A stretch of DNA of 64,000 bases from a virus. The stretch lies in the IMG/VR virus record IMGVR_UViG_3300011116_000834, positions 1-64,000 of that record; one strand, given 5' to 3'. Under the pieces are notes generated by a model. That model saw only the letters and a list, made by a program, of their open reading frames with translations. It was not told where the DNA came from and made no database searches. Positions within the stretch are counted from its first letter, which is position 1. Each line of letters starts with the position of its first letter. The position numbers and the translations under genes are program-made. Positions 25,026-34,483 of the stretch are shown in pieces.

Positions 25026-25099
25026 ATTCCCGTAGCTCAGTTGGATAGAGCATCGGTTTTCTAAACCGATGGTCGCTGGTTCGAGTCCAGCCGGGAATG
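25026..25099 (+). tRNA. tRNA-Arg(TCT)
   Basis: Cloverleaf ATTCCCG/CGGGAAT; promoter TTGACT(24990)-16-TATGAT. Confidence 0.92.
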
Positions 25100-25245
25100 T
25101 TATTATGAATAGACACAACACATCAATTCGTAGAGTTTCAAATAAATTATTGTGGCAACTCAAAATCAGGGGTAATAAGTGGGAATGGCATCCCTATTAT
25201 TACAAGGTTATTTCTAAGTACAATTATTTTAAAGGAATTTCATTT

Positions 25246-25569
25246 ATGAAGAATCGTAGTTTCATTATCGGACTTGCATTCGCAGGACTCGCAATGCAGG
25301 TATTCCCACTCATTTGCTCAGGTGCTCTCAAGCAGGGTTACATTGATGGGTTCAATGCTGCTTCAGTCATCACCCTCTTCACCGCATTCATTCTTGCTAT
25401 TTGGTCACAACCATGTCCAAAGGACAAGGATCGTGAGCGCGATGAGATCTATCGCGACTTTGATGCGGTGTATCGTCACATTGATGACACTGCGCGCGAT
25501 CTTCGCGATGAAGTCCGTGATTGTGCAAATCAAGTTTCACAATGCAAGATGCCTTGTGGAAAGAAGTGA
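25246..25569 (+). CDS. Two-TM membrane protein (MKNRSFIIG...)
   Basis: AAGGA RBS; the ORF-track start lies inside the tRNA, so it was moved. Confidence 0.7.
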   Translation: MKNRSFIIGLAFAGLAMQVFPLICSGALKQGYIDGFNAASVITLFTAFILAIWSQPCPKDKDRERDEIYRDFDAVYRHIDDTARDLRDEVRDCANQVSQCKMPCGKK

Positions 25570-25587
25570 TAAGATAAATAAAGATGA

Positions 25588-25806
25588 ATGCTCAAGGTAA
25601 ATTATACTTACTCATTTCTGGAGTTAAGTGGAAAACCTAAAAGATTTATAGAGTCATTGCATGACTGTACTATAAAGGGTTACGGTGTCGATAAAGATAC
25701 CGTAACCCTTTGTATTTTATATGAAACTACTGAAGCATTCAATCTTCACACGAAGAGTCTTCAGGACCGATTCGGAATCGTGCCTCGGGATATTCATTTC
25801 ATTTAG
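25588..25806 (+). CDS. Hypothetical protein
   Basis: ORF track. Confidence 0.55.
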   Translation: MLKVNYTYSFLELSGKPKRFIESLHDCTIKGYGVDKDTVTLCILYETTEAFNLHTKSLQDRFGIVPRDIHFI

Positions 25807-25814
25807 GAGGATAT

Positions 25815-25982
25815 ATGCACCTCTACACAGTTAAAGCAGAACAAACAATTTTTCATACCGTTTCACTTCTAGCAAAAAGCGAGAACGATGCCATCAATTA
25901 TGTCAATGAAATGATACAGGATAAGAAGATCTTCTCTACCAGTCAGCAGATAAAAATCAAAAACATAACAGAAGATAACTGA
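25815..25982 (+). CDS. Small hypothetical protein (55 aa), not in ORF track
   Basis: AGGAGG RBS. Confidence 0.6.
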   Translation: MHLYTVKAEQTIFHTVSLLAKSENDAINYVNEMIQDKKIFSTSQQIKIKNITEDN

Positions 25983-27020
25983 TCATCTTCCGTAGAATGC
26001 GCTCTTAAGATTTGAATTTTTCAATATGGGACCAGATGTCGATGACATTATCGATATGCTATTTGCCAAGGAATTGGTCACCTGAAGAAGATTGCTAGTG
26101 GTATCCGATTGAACAGCAGTTGTGGTATCGGGAGTATTGCAGAATGTTCCTATAGTTATTTCTGTCTTTATTCCCTTGCTATCGCTTGCTCGGAATCTAC
26201 ACTGTGAAAGTGTATGATTGTTTGTGCATGACACATATACACCATTTAGATATTCTATGCATGCTCCTACATCTATTTCCTGTAGGTTTGGTTCTACAGA
26301 ATATGAATCAGGAACTAAAAGATATACAAGAAGAGTAGTTTGAATTTCAGTCATATCTCCTGTTGAGATATCTGCATCGATTATGATATATTCATTTCCA
26401 TCAGAATCAATATCCATCTTTAGAATTTTTGCAGGTGAACTCATTTCATTTACCCTGACATAATCTCCGACCTTGATGCCAAAGTAATTAAATGAATTTT
26501 TTGTATCTTTTCCAAATCTATTTTTAATGATTGTTTTATTATCAGTAATTGCTAGAGAAGCAACTGTGATATATGGAATTTGTTCAAATCTATTTCGATC
26601 ATATCTATTTATTTTTTCCGCCAATGATGTGACTGTTGATACTTTTGCTTCAACAATTCCTTTATAATATCCTCTAAATTGATAGGTTCCTGTAATATCA
26701 GCATATGAATTTAGATTTGGATCAGTATATGATCCATTATATACACCAAAAGTAACTCCACTCTCCATCTGTCCAAAAAAATCTCGAATAGATGATTCTA
26801 TTTCAGAATTTGTTTGATTGGTATAGTCGATAAGACATTTGGTATTATTATCATAAAATACAAAGGTGGGTGTGGAAGTTATTCCTCTATTGAGAGATGT
26901 TGTTTCTTCCTTGTATTTTTCAATGACAAGACCATACAGAATACCTTCTCGGACCAAGACAAGTTTGTCTTTTTTGATCTGAGATCTATTATTGGAAATG
27001 TTTAATTTTCTATGATTCAC
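25983..27020 (-). CDS. Hypothetical protein, probably virion-associated
   Basis: Coupled to the upstream gene; Thr/Ser-rich with a GAC...C Cys module. Confidence 0.7.
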   Translation of the reverse strand: MNHRKLNISNNRSQIKKDKLVLVREGILYGLVIEKYKEETTSLNRGITSTPTFVFYDNNTKCLIDYTNQTNSEIESSIRDFFGQMESGVTFGVYNGSYTDPNLNSYADITGTYQFRGYYKGIVEAKVSTVTSLAEKINRYDRNRFEQIPYITVASLAITDNKTIIKNRFGKDTKNSFNYFGIKVGDYVRVNEMSSPAKILKMDIDSDGNEYIIIDADISTGDMTEIQTTLLVYLLVPDSYSVEPNLQEIDVGACIEYLNGVYVSCTNNHTLSQCRFRASDSKGIKTEITIGTFCNTPDTTTAVQSDTTSNLLQVTNSLANSISIMSSTSGPILKNSNLKSAFYGR

Positions 27021-28261
27021 GATCCTATGTATGCCAATGTTGCTGTACCACTTGCTGCTCTCAGGAATATAGAACCAAGAGCACCAACTTCTAGATATAT
27101 GATTTCACCAGGACTTAGTATATAACCAGTAGTTGCTGAAACTGCCAAGGAATTTCCAACATAGATATCGACTGCATTTGTCGATGGTGACTTTAGAGTC
27201 ACTCCTACACTCAATTGATCGGTTGCAAGAATTACAGGAGTAGTAGTAAGTGATTTTTGTCCATGTAGGAATCTCTTTGGTCTTGTAGTCGAAATTACAT
27301 TAACCTTTGCTCCAACACCTGTTGCATTTACAAGATTTAAAATATCCAGTGCATATCCAGCATTGGATGCAACCGTGTCTATATTGGTCTTGAGACTATC
27401 GATTTCAGATATAAGATCAGCATCATCAATTGAAACTGTTCCAGAAACACCAACAGGAATTGATGTGTATGCACCAATTTCAACTGCTCCACCTGCTAGA
27501 CTTCCCTGTATAGTTACTGGATAACCACCAGTCTTTCCTGCAATTCGCAGTGCTGATGTAGAAGTATCATTCGTAACTCCAATTGTCGATGACAGAGAAA
27601 CCGCAAAAGTAAATCCTGTATTTGTTACAGCAACCTTTAGTGCATCCCCAGAACGACCAAGAGCAAATCCAGATACATTCAGATTGGTTTCCACATAAGT
27701 TGCTCCACCAGGACCATATACCGAAACAGAATCGTCTATTGCAGTTAGTTGGAATCCTCCACTAATTCCAACACTTCCCTGAACAGTGACGCTATCAGTA
27801 GTTGCATTTAATTTTCGTCCACCAGTAACTGCAATTGCAGTTGCTCCTGATATACCAAATATACCAATGTTATTGAGAATATTTACATATCCAGTAACAC
27901 CAACTGGAGTTCCATTTGCTATACCTTGTATTGTTCCAGTTACTCCAACCTTGGCATCTGTTGTAAAAGTCGAACCAATTACAACTAGCGGAATACCAGC
28001 ATTGGTTTTCACATAAAAACTACCAGTTCCTGCCACGGTTCCACTTACACTTACTGCTGTACCTGTTGATCCATAGATCTTAACTGGTGTGGGATAGGAT
28101 TCGGTTACCCTATAAGTGTTATTCTCATCGCCCCATGCTAACTTGGCAATCTGTGCGTGTGCTGCACTAAAACCAACTGCTCCACTAGTACCATAGTCTG
28201 TAGCGACGACAGCAGTTCCAGTAGCAATCGTTATTTCAATGTTATCAGCGGTATATGGCAT
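27017..28261 (-). CDS. Gly/Thr/Val-rich beta-structured virion protein
   Basis: Repetitive VxGxV strands; AAGGA RBS. Confidence 0.7.
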   Translation of the reverse strand: MPYTADNIEITIATGTAVVATDYGTSGAVGFSAAHAQIAKLAWGDENNTYRVTESYPTPVKIYGSTGTAVSVSGTVAGTGSFYVKTNAGIPLVVIGSTFTTDAKVGVTGTIQGIANGTPVGVTGYVNILNNIGIFGISGATAIAVTGGRKLNATTDSVTVQGSVGISGGFQLTAIDDSVSVYGPGGATYVETNLNVSGFALGRSGDALKVAVTNTGFTFAVSLSSTIGVTNDTSTSALRIAGKTGGYPVTIQGSLAGGAVEIGAYTSIPVGVSGTVSIDDADLISEIDSLKTNIDTVASNAGYALDILNLVNATGVGAKVNVISTTRPKRFLHGQKSLTTTPVILATDQLSVGVTLKSPSTNAVDIYVGNSLAVSATTGYILSPGEIIYLEVGALGSIFLRAASGTATLAYIGS

Positions 28262-28295
28262 ATAATATTTCCTTTAATAATATATATACCAATAG

Positions 28296-28329
28296 TTGAC
28301 ATTACTAAATATGGCGATATACTCCAATC
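28296..28329 (+). promoter_or_regulatory. Leaderless promoter TTGACA-16-TATACT-6-ATG
   Basis: Same geometry as the cassette promoters. Confidence 0.8.
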
Positions 28330-28557
28330 ATGATATTTAACATCTCAAAAGAAGATTTCTCAAAAAGAGTAGAAAATTATGTCAAAGAATGGAATGTCTC
28401 CTATAGGGAGGCAACCACTCACTTCTTTGAAGAATATTCTTTTGATTTTTCTCTTGCTCCTAAACTTTTAACTCAACCATTATTGGAAAAGTTAGAACAA
28501 GAATATAGAGATATGAATTATCTTCCAAAAATTAAAAATAAATTGCCATTTGATTGA
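28330..28557 (+). CDS. gp33: Late promoter transcription coactivator gp33
   Basis: FSKRVE...SYREA...KLLTQPLLEKLEQE..DMNYLPK...KLPF; lies upstream of gp32. Confidence 0.8.
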   Translation: MIFNISKEDFSKRVENYVKEWNVSYREATTHFFEEYSFDFSLAPKLLTQPLLEKLEQEYRDMNYLPKIKNKLPFD

Positions 28558-28581
28558 CATGGCATGATCAAGATATATACT
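28554..28581 (+). promoter_or_regulatory. gp32 promoter TTGACA-16-TATACT
   Basis: Consensus hexamers. Confidence 0.8.
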
Positions 28582-28647
28582 ATTGTAGTGGGTAGTTCCC
28601 ACTGGTATTTCAAGTCCGAAGGAGATCTTCGGGGAAAGTAGAAAAAT

Positions 28648-29550
28648 ATGGGTTATCTAGACGATCTTAAGAAGAAGTCAACATCTGGTCAGGGCATTCA
28701 GGATCTCATCAAGAAGATGGAAGATCAAACCAAGTCCAAGGATAGTTACAAGGATGATCGCTTTTGGCGACCAGAACAGGATAAGTCAGGAAACGGATTT
28801 GCAATTATTCGTTTCCTTCCACCTGTTGAGGGAGAGGAAACTCCCTTTGTAAAGGTCTACAACCATGCATTCCAGGGAACTGGTGGTTGGTATATTGAGA
28901 ATTCTCTTACAACAATTGGTCAAAAGGACCCTGTTGGTGAACTCAACAATCAACTCTGGAATTCTGGTCTTGAATCGGATAAGGATCTTGCTCGCATTCG
29001 TAAGCGAAAGTTGACATATACATCCAATGTTTATATTGTATCGGATCCTGCAAATCCTCAAAATGAGGGTAAGGTCTTTCTCTATAAGTACGGAACCAAG
29101 ATCTTTGAGAAGATTCAGGAAGCAGCAAACCCACAGTTCAATGATGAACCCAAGGTAGATGCTTTTGATCTTTGGAAGGGCGGAAACTTCCGAATCAAGA
29201 TTCGTAAGGTTGGTGGATTCACCAATTATGACAAGTCTGAATTTGATTCTCCTTCCGTTCTTTTGGAAGATAAGGCCAAGTTGGAGCGCATTCTCAAGTC
29301 AATGCATCCACTCCAACCATTCCTTGATTCTTCCAACTTCAAGTCATACGATGAACTCAAGACTCGTCTCTTTGAGGTTCTTGGTGGAGATGTTCGTGGT
29401 GCTGCGCCAAACACGCAGAAGACTGCGGAAGATATCGGTGAGGAATTGACCGAGAAGAAGCCAAGTCTCAAGTCAAAGAAGCCTGTTGAACAGGATGTGG
29501 ATGACGAATCTGATGCCTTCAGTTACTTCCAGAAGCTTGCTTCGGAATAA
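28648..29550 (+). CDS. gp32: Single-stranded DNA-binding protein gp32
   Basis: DDRFWRPEQDKSGNGFAIIRFLP, WYIENSLTTIGQKDPV, SYFQKLA. Confidence 0.97.
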   Translation: MGYLDDLKKKSTSGQGIQDLIKKMEDQTKSKDSYKDDRFWRPEQDKSGNGFAIIRFLPPVEGEETPFVKVYNHAFQGTGGWYIENSLTTIGQKDPVGELNNQLWNSGLESDKDLARIRKRKLTYTSNVYIVSDPANPQNEGKVFLYKYGTKIFEKIQEAANPQFNDEPKVDAFDLWKGGNFRIKIRKVGGFTNYDKSEFDSPSVLLEDKAKLERILKSMHPLQPFLDSSNFKSYDELKTRLFEVLGGDVRGAAPNTQKTAEDIGEELTEKKPSLKSKKPVEQDVDDESDAFSYFQKLASE

Positions 29551-29565
29551 CCAAGACAATTCATT

Positions 29566-30549
29566 TTAACCAAGAACAGTCCTCCAAATCGGGGGACTGT
29601 TCATTTTTTCAACAAATGATCCTATGGTGTTTGATCTTGTGGTCATGTTGATGAAGTCTCTAGGACCACTATCTGGTTGTTTATTTGCTCCAGAAAGCAT
29701 CTCTGCCTGAGTGGGAGCATTTGCATCCTTCATATCTTCCATTTCTGCACCCATATTTACTTTTTTCTTTTTGTCATCTGCCATCTCATGTAGAGTTTCT
29801 TCTTTTTCTTTGGCACGATTGATATCACGCTTTTCGCTTTCTTGGATTACTTTATCAAGTTGATCGTATCGATTTGTTGGTTGTGAATCTACCCTTACTG
29901 TAGATGCTTCAAAGAAATCTATTGTGGATTCCATCTCATCTTTGGCAAAACTATTTTGAACTGCACTATTTGGAAGTACCGTCATATTTGTATAATTGTG
30001 TATGCTATTTGCACTTATATCATGAAGAATTCCAAGATTTTTCTGTATAGTGGTATCTCTTGCCTTTAGAGGAGATTCCGAATAATTATATTCTGATGGA
30101 GTATCTGCTGTGACAAAATCCAATCTTCTCATGTCTAGGGATGGTGCAGGACTTCCACGATCTATTGCTTTGTGCAATATTTCCATCTTACTTTCAGAGT
30201 CCTTATCAAGTAATTTTGGTATATTGTGATTATCTTCTCCAGTTTTTGCGAAAAGCGGATTGGAGTTTTTTTTTAATTCATCACTTGTTGCAATAGTATC
30301 TGAACGCAATACATTATTCACTATAGTTCTTGCATTTTGAGTTGGATTTGATGTCTTTGATTCACTGGTTCCATTGATATTTACATTCACATTATAATTA
30401 TTGGTAGTGGATGTTCCTGATAATTCATCGGTTGCTTCAGGAGCGGAAAGTTCCACAAAATTGCTGGAATCGTTTTTATTCAGATAGAATAGATTTGAAT
30501 CGAATTCATTCTTGAGTTCTTGATTTGCAATTTCTCTTTTATCGTTCAT
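29566..30549 (-). CDS. Hypothetical protein downstream of gp51
   Basis: 327-aa ORF overlapping the gp51 stop. Confidence 0.7.
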   Translation of the reverse strand: MNDKREIANQELKNEFDSNLFYLNKNDSSNFVELSAPEATDELSGTSTTNNYNVNVNINGTSESKTSNPTQNARTIVNNVLRSDTIATSDELKKNSNPLFAKTGEDNHNIPKLLDKDSESKMEILHKAIDRGSPAPSLDMRRLDFVTADTPSEYNYSESPLKARDTTIQKNLGILHDISANSIHNYTNMTVLPNSAVQNSFAKDEMESTIDFFEASTVRVDSQPTNRYDQLDKVIQESEKRDINRAKEKEETLHEMADDKKKKVNMGAEMEDMKDANAPTQAEMLSGANKQPDSGPRDFINMTTRSNTIGSFVEKMNSPPIWRTVLG

Positions 30550-30697
30550 ATCTGTTCGCCTTTGCTTGTAGTGTCTTTAGATTCTGCTCTTCGATATGAT
30601 GCCTCAGTTGTTCTACGAATAAATCTCTTTCCCAGGGTATCATGCTTTCTATATCTTGCAGCGTATGATTGTGCACATGCATGAGATTGAAGTTCAT
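30539..30697 (-). CDS. gp51: Baseplate hub assembly catalyst gp51 (not in ORF track; possibly made as a gp26 frameshift fusion)
   Basis: MNFNLMHVHNHTLQDIESMIPWERDLFVEQL matches the gp51 NF.LM.H....EIE.MIPWER motif. Confidence 0.85.
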   Translation of the reverse strand: MNFNLMHVHNHTLQDIESMIPWERDLFVEQLRHHIEEQNLKTLQAKANRYER

Positions 30698-30732
30698 CTT
30701 GAAGATGCTGGTGAGAGAAGTATAGCTGAGGC

Positions 30733-31431
30733 TTATCGAAAAAAATCCTTGATGCCTTTTAATATGATTTTTCTTTCAATGTCGTCGGAGGTCGTGTATT
30801 TCAATTCCTTTTCGATTCTAGGCATCGATTTAAAGAAATTGACTAGTTTCTTGAACTGATCCTTTGTCAGCAAATCGATAAATTCCAATAATTGTTCTCT
30901 TGAAGTATTGCTGGATTCTATCAATTCGTTTGGGGTTTCTATAGTAGAGATCGAATCTACCAGCAGATCATAGTAATCCATATTTTCCTTCCTTTGGATA
31001 AAATCCGATAAGGTTGGATATTTCATCGTGACAATCATGTTTTGTAGTTCTATTTTTCTAGAATGATCAATTGATGATGTTGGTTCGATTTCATCTAGAT
31101 TGAGGGTAATGTTAATTTTTTCTCCAGTAACTGGACAGATGATTGTAGAATCGATCAATTCGCCAATAGATTTACATCTAAGTTTGAGGAAAAAATATTC
31201 GACATCAAATAACGGCAATTGTTTGCAATCTACTTGCAGATCAAAACACACATTGATCGTGTCTGCAAGAGTCGTTAGGAAATCCTCATATGTTCCAGTA
31301 TCATTCGCCATCAATAATGCTTTTTCTTCACGCACTGTGAATGGTCTAAATATTACTTTTTTCCCAGTTGAAGGTTGTATGGCATTGTATCTGGGCAATG
31401 CCTTTTTCATAGAATCAAGAAGATCTTTCAT
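30733..31431 (-). CDS. gp26: Baseplate hub assembly protein gp26
   Basis: PSTGKKVIFRPFTVREEKALL, FDVEYFFLKLRCKSIGE, MKYPT, GIKDFF. Confidence 0.92.
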   Translation of the reverse strand: MKDLLDSMKKALPRYNAIQPSTGKKVIFRPFTVREEKALLMANDTGTYEDFLTTLADTINVCFDLQVDCKQLPLFDVEYFFLKLRCKSIGELIDSTIICPVTGEKINITLNLDEIEPTSSIDHSRKIELQNMIVTMKYPTLSDFIQRKENMDYYDLLVDSISTIETPNELIESSNTSREQLLEFIDLLTKDQFKKLVNFFKSMPRIEKELKYTTSDDIERKIILKGIKDFFR

Positions 31432-31439
31432 AATTTACC

Positions 31440-32117
31440 TCATATGTAATCATAATCGTTGAATTGAAATGCCACGCTAAAAGTTGGATATCCAGAACCA
31501 TCTGATGCTAAAGACAATGGACTAATCGAAACTGGATATGCTTCTTTTAATATTAATGACTTATTTGGAAGACGAGTTTGACTATTAAGTGCATTGATTT
31601 TTATCTGTCCAATTCCACCATAATAATCAACATAATCATTGAATTTGCTTATTCCAAAATTAGCATCGGTTCCCTGTGGTCCACCTGTTGAAAGCGAATC
31701 CGAGATCTGATTTACTTCCGATGCTGATAATTGAGGAGCATCTGGACTTACTGTATTTGGTTTTGCATCTATTGCAATTTGCTGATCGATGGTTCTATTA
31801 TCATGTCTTACTATTGAATTCATCCATGATTCTATAAATGTTTTTTCTGCCCAATCCTGGTATATGACAAAGGTCATGTTGCATTGGGTATATGCACGCT
31901 TATATGGAACTTTGCGGGATGGACCCCATAGATCATGATCGTAAAGCACAAATAGACGACCTGGAAGCACTACACTAAGTGGATAGCATTGCATTGGAGT
32001 GGATAGTCCATGAGACATTATCACTTCATACAATCCCGATATCTGTGGTCCACCTCTAGAAAGCACATCAGATCTGAATTGATTTATCGTATTACTAATT
32101 TTAGGAATTGCCATCAA
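31440..32117 (-). CDS. Tail-tube-fold baseplate protein (gp54/gp19 family)
   Basis: LPGR...GPSRKVPY...MTF...FIESWMNSI...EAYPVSISPLSL. Confidence 0.8.
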   Translation of the reverse strand: MMAIPKISNTINQFRSDVLSRGGPQISGLYEVIMSHGLSTPMQCYPLSVVLPGRLFVLYDHDLWGPSRKVPYKRAYTQCNMTFVIYQDWAEKTFIESWMNSIVRHDNRTIDQQIAIDAKPNTVSPDAPQLSASEVNQISDSLSTGGPQGTDANFGISKFNDYVDYYGGIGQIKINALNSQTRLPNKSLILKEAYPVSISPLSLASDGSGYPTFSVAFQFNDYDYI

Positions 32118-32547
32118 ATAACTCTTTTTCTGTTAGAATTACAAATTTCCATGAATTAGATTCGCAAAATTTCTTTGCTGCTTCCCACTTACTAGTATTT
32201 ATAGCATAAGTTATATTTTCATTCAAAAATGATCTTTTTGATTTTCTTTTGCCTAAAGTGGGTTCTTTTGTTTGTTTTGCTGGTTTGATTTCGATCACCA
32301 TAGTTTCAATTTCCCCAGACTTGGTTTTTTTCTCCACTATGAAATCAGGAAGATATAGATGTGGTAGGTTGTCAACTGGGGAAAGATATGGAATCTTGAG
32401 AGTTTCAAACGACCATCTGAGAATATTTTGGTTTTCGTCCAAAAATTTACAAAATTTTCGTTCCCACAACGAACGACATATTATGTTATTTGGATCGCCT
32501 ATATATTTTGTAGTGTTTTTTGGTTTAAATCTGGTTTTATATGGCAT
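32101..32547 (-). CDS. gp4: Head completion nuclease gp4
   Basis: FKPKNTTKYIGDPNNIICRSLWERKF...YLPDF...IEIKP...KWEAA. Confidence 0.95.
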   Translation of the reverse strand: MPYKTRFKPKNTTKYIGDPNNIICRSLWERKFCKFLDENQNILRWSFETLKIPYLSPVDNLPHLYLPDFIVEKKTKSGEIETMVIEIKPAKQTKEPTLGKRKSKRSFLNENITYAINTSKWEAAKKFCESNSWKFVILTEKELFDGNS

Positions 32548-32568
32548 GAAAATATTTAGGAGAAGCAA

Positions 32569-33531
32569 ATGCCAGGTATTGGAAGTAATCCAGTAAGTTT
32601 AGCCGAAGGAACAACCTCATATCTATTTCCAGGCGATCCAGATATGATTGATTCTATTCCTTTGTGGATGAAATTTTACTGCTTTGAATATTCTAGTTCT
32701 GCTGCTAATCGTGTTGGAGCATATTTAAGAGCGCAAAATATGGCAAATGTGCCTTTGCTATCGAACATGAAAGCACAAATCTATGTTCCAGCACCCACAG
32801 CATTTGAATCCTCGACTTCTCTTTCATATAATAGATCTGCGACTACTGCTGGAAATGCACTTCCAGGAATGTTGAATAAATTGGTCGATATTGCATCTGG
32901 ATCCACGAATCCATGGGTTAAAATGGTGGCAAGTACGATCAAAGGCATCAAAGACGATGCAATGGATGCCCAAGAAGCAATTTCTAAATTGGTAGGCGGT
33001 GGATTTGGATATGGTCAGACCATTCCATTAGATCTGAATGATCTTACTTTTGTGGGAACTGGTTCTTATAGATCTTTCGATATTCGTCTATATCTGCCAT
33101 GCCTATCAGTAGAAGATTCCAAACGAGCAGGAGATCTCATCAGAGCATTTGAGGCATTATGTCTGCCTACTGCTTTGGGTGTTGGTGGTATATTTTCAAC
33201 TAGATATTATCATCCACCACTTTGGATCTTTGGAGTCGGACCTATTGATAGTATGAAATTTGATCCAGATTGGACTGGATATCCACAATTATCAGTATTG
33301 CAGGCAGTGAAGGTAAGAAAAACAGCAGTAGATGCAAATTCAATTGCTGCATTTTATCAGCAATCTTCATTTAAACCTGTTGCATATACTCTGAGTTTGC
33401 TTTTTAGAGAATTGGAACCAGCAATTAGAGTAACCTCAGTTGGTGGAGATTTAGGCACAACAATCACAAATCGCTCAGGTGCAATTATTGGAACTGGTAC
33501 AAATATAGCAGCAAAGGTAACCAACCAATAA
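32569..33531 (+). CDS. gp48: Baseplate tail tube cap gp48-like
   Basis: Divergent from gp4 and upstream of gp53; IYVPAP, RSFD, LSLLFRELE motifs. Confidence 0.7.
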   Translation: MPGIGSNPVSLAEGTTSYLFPGDPDMIDSIPLWMKFYCFEYSSSAANRVGAYLRAQNMANVPLLSNMKAQIYVPAPTAFESSTSLSYNRSATTAGNALPGMLNKLVDIASGSTNPWVKMVASTIKGIKDDAMDAQEAISKLVGGGFGYGQTIPLDLNDLTFVGTGSYRSFDIRLYLPCLSVEDSKRAGDLIRAFEALCLPTALGVGGIFSTRYYHPPLWIFGVGPIDSMKFDPDWTGYPQLSVLQAVKVRKTAVDANSIAAFYQQSSFKPVAYTLSLLFRELEPAIRVTSVGGDLGTTITNRSGAIIGTGTNIAAKVTNQ

Positions 33532-33532
33532 T

Positions 33533-34483
33533 ATGTTATTTAAAAACTATCCAACCATTTCATACACTTTTGGAAGTAAAACCGTAACCTTGGTTGATAT
33601 CTTTAAAAATGTATCATTCACCAATACAGATAATAACAATGCATTTGATGATTATTACATTCAGGATGGCGAAACTCCTGAAATGATATCATCAAAACGA
33701 TATGGAACTACTGGATATGCTTGGTTAGTTTTATTGACAAACAATATACTTGATATAAAGAATGATTGGTTCATAAGTGCATTTGAATTCAATCAAAAAA
33801 CCGAAACAAACTTTGGTGGAGATGCTGTCTATATTCCCGCTCTTCCAGATCTACAAGAAAACGATATCATGGTGAAGGTGACTGCACACAATAGCACCAA
33901 TGCAACAGCAATAAACAATCAAGCATATCGACATGTGTCGAGTTTTGATCCATATTTCAGAGTTGTTAGGGGAATCTGCGGTGGTGGTACTTTTGCTAAT
34001 GGTGATTATATTCTATTTGCAAGAAAGAACAATGATGGATCTGTAACTCCATTGACTTTTGATAATCAGGATATTTCTCCGTCAAAAGTCGATTATACAA
34101 ATATTCTTTATATTGAAGAATATAAAAACAGCATCGATTATATCATCACTGGAAATGGTGTCATTCTCACCCCATATACAAATGTCACATATCCAGGTGG
34201 AACAGCAATAGAGTCCAAGACATCATATCTGGATACTGAAAATCTCGATGTGCAAATAGAGAAAAATTTTGCAAATACATTAATCTATTATTATGGAAGT
34301 CATCATGGTTCATTGCCATCAGGAATTTCCAAAGTTGCATTAGCTACGGGCAATTATAATAAATATATCAAGAAGCAAAAGATAAGATTGCTTAAACCAG
34401 AATTATTGATTTCTGTTGTATCTGCTATTCAAAATGCATTGAATGGTGACAATGTCGGTAAGATTTTTAAAGTTGAAATATAA
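33533..34483 (+). CDS. gp53: Baseplate wedge protein gp53
   Basis: FKNYPTISY, YYIQDGETPEMIS...YG...WLVLLTNNI, KIRLLKPE. Confidence 0.9.
   Translation: MLFKNYPTISYTFGSKTVTLVDIFKNVSFTNTDNNNAFDDYYIQDGETPEMISSKRYGTTGYAWLVLLTNNILDIKNDWFISAFEFNQKTETNFGGDAVYIPALPDLQENDIMVKVTAHNSTNATAINNQAYRHVSSFDPYFRVVRGICGGGTFANGDYILFARKNNDGSVTPLTFDNQDISPSKVDYTNILYIEEYKNSIDYIITGNGVILTPYTNVTYPGGTAIESKTSYLDTENLDVQIEKNFANTLIYYYGSHHGSLPSGISKVALATGNYNKYIKKQKIRLLKPELLISVVSAIQNALNGDNVGKIFKVEI

Noticed and set aside
25069-25245. 5' extension of the ORF 25069-25569
   Set aside because: It starts inside tRNA-Arg; a better RBS and ATG are at 25246.
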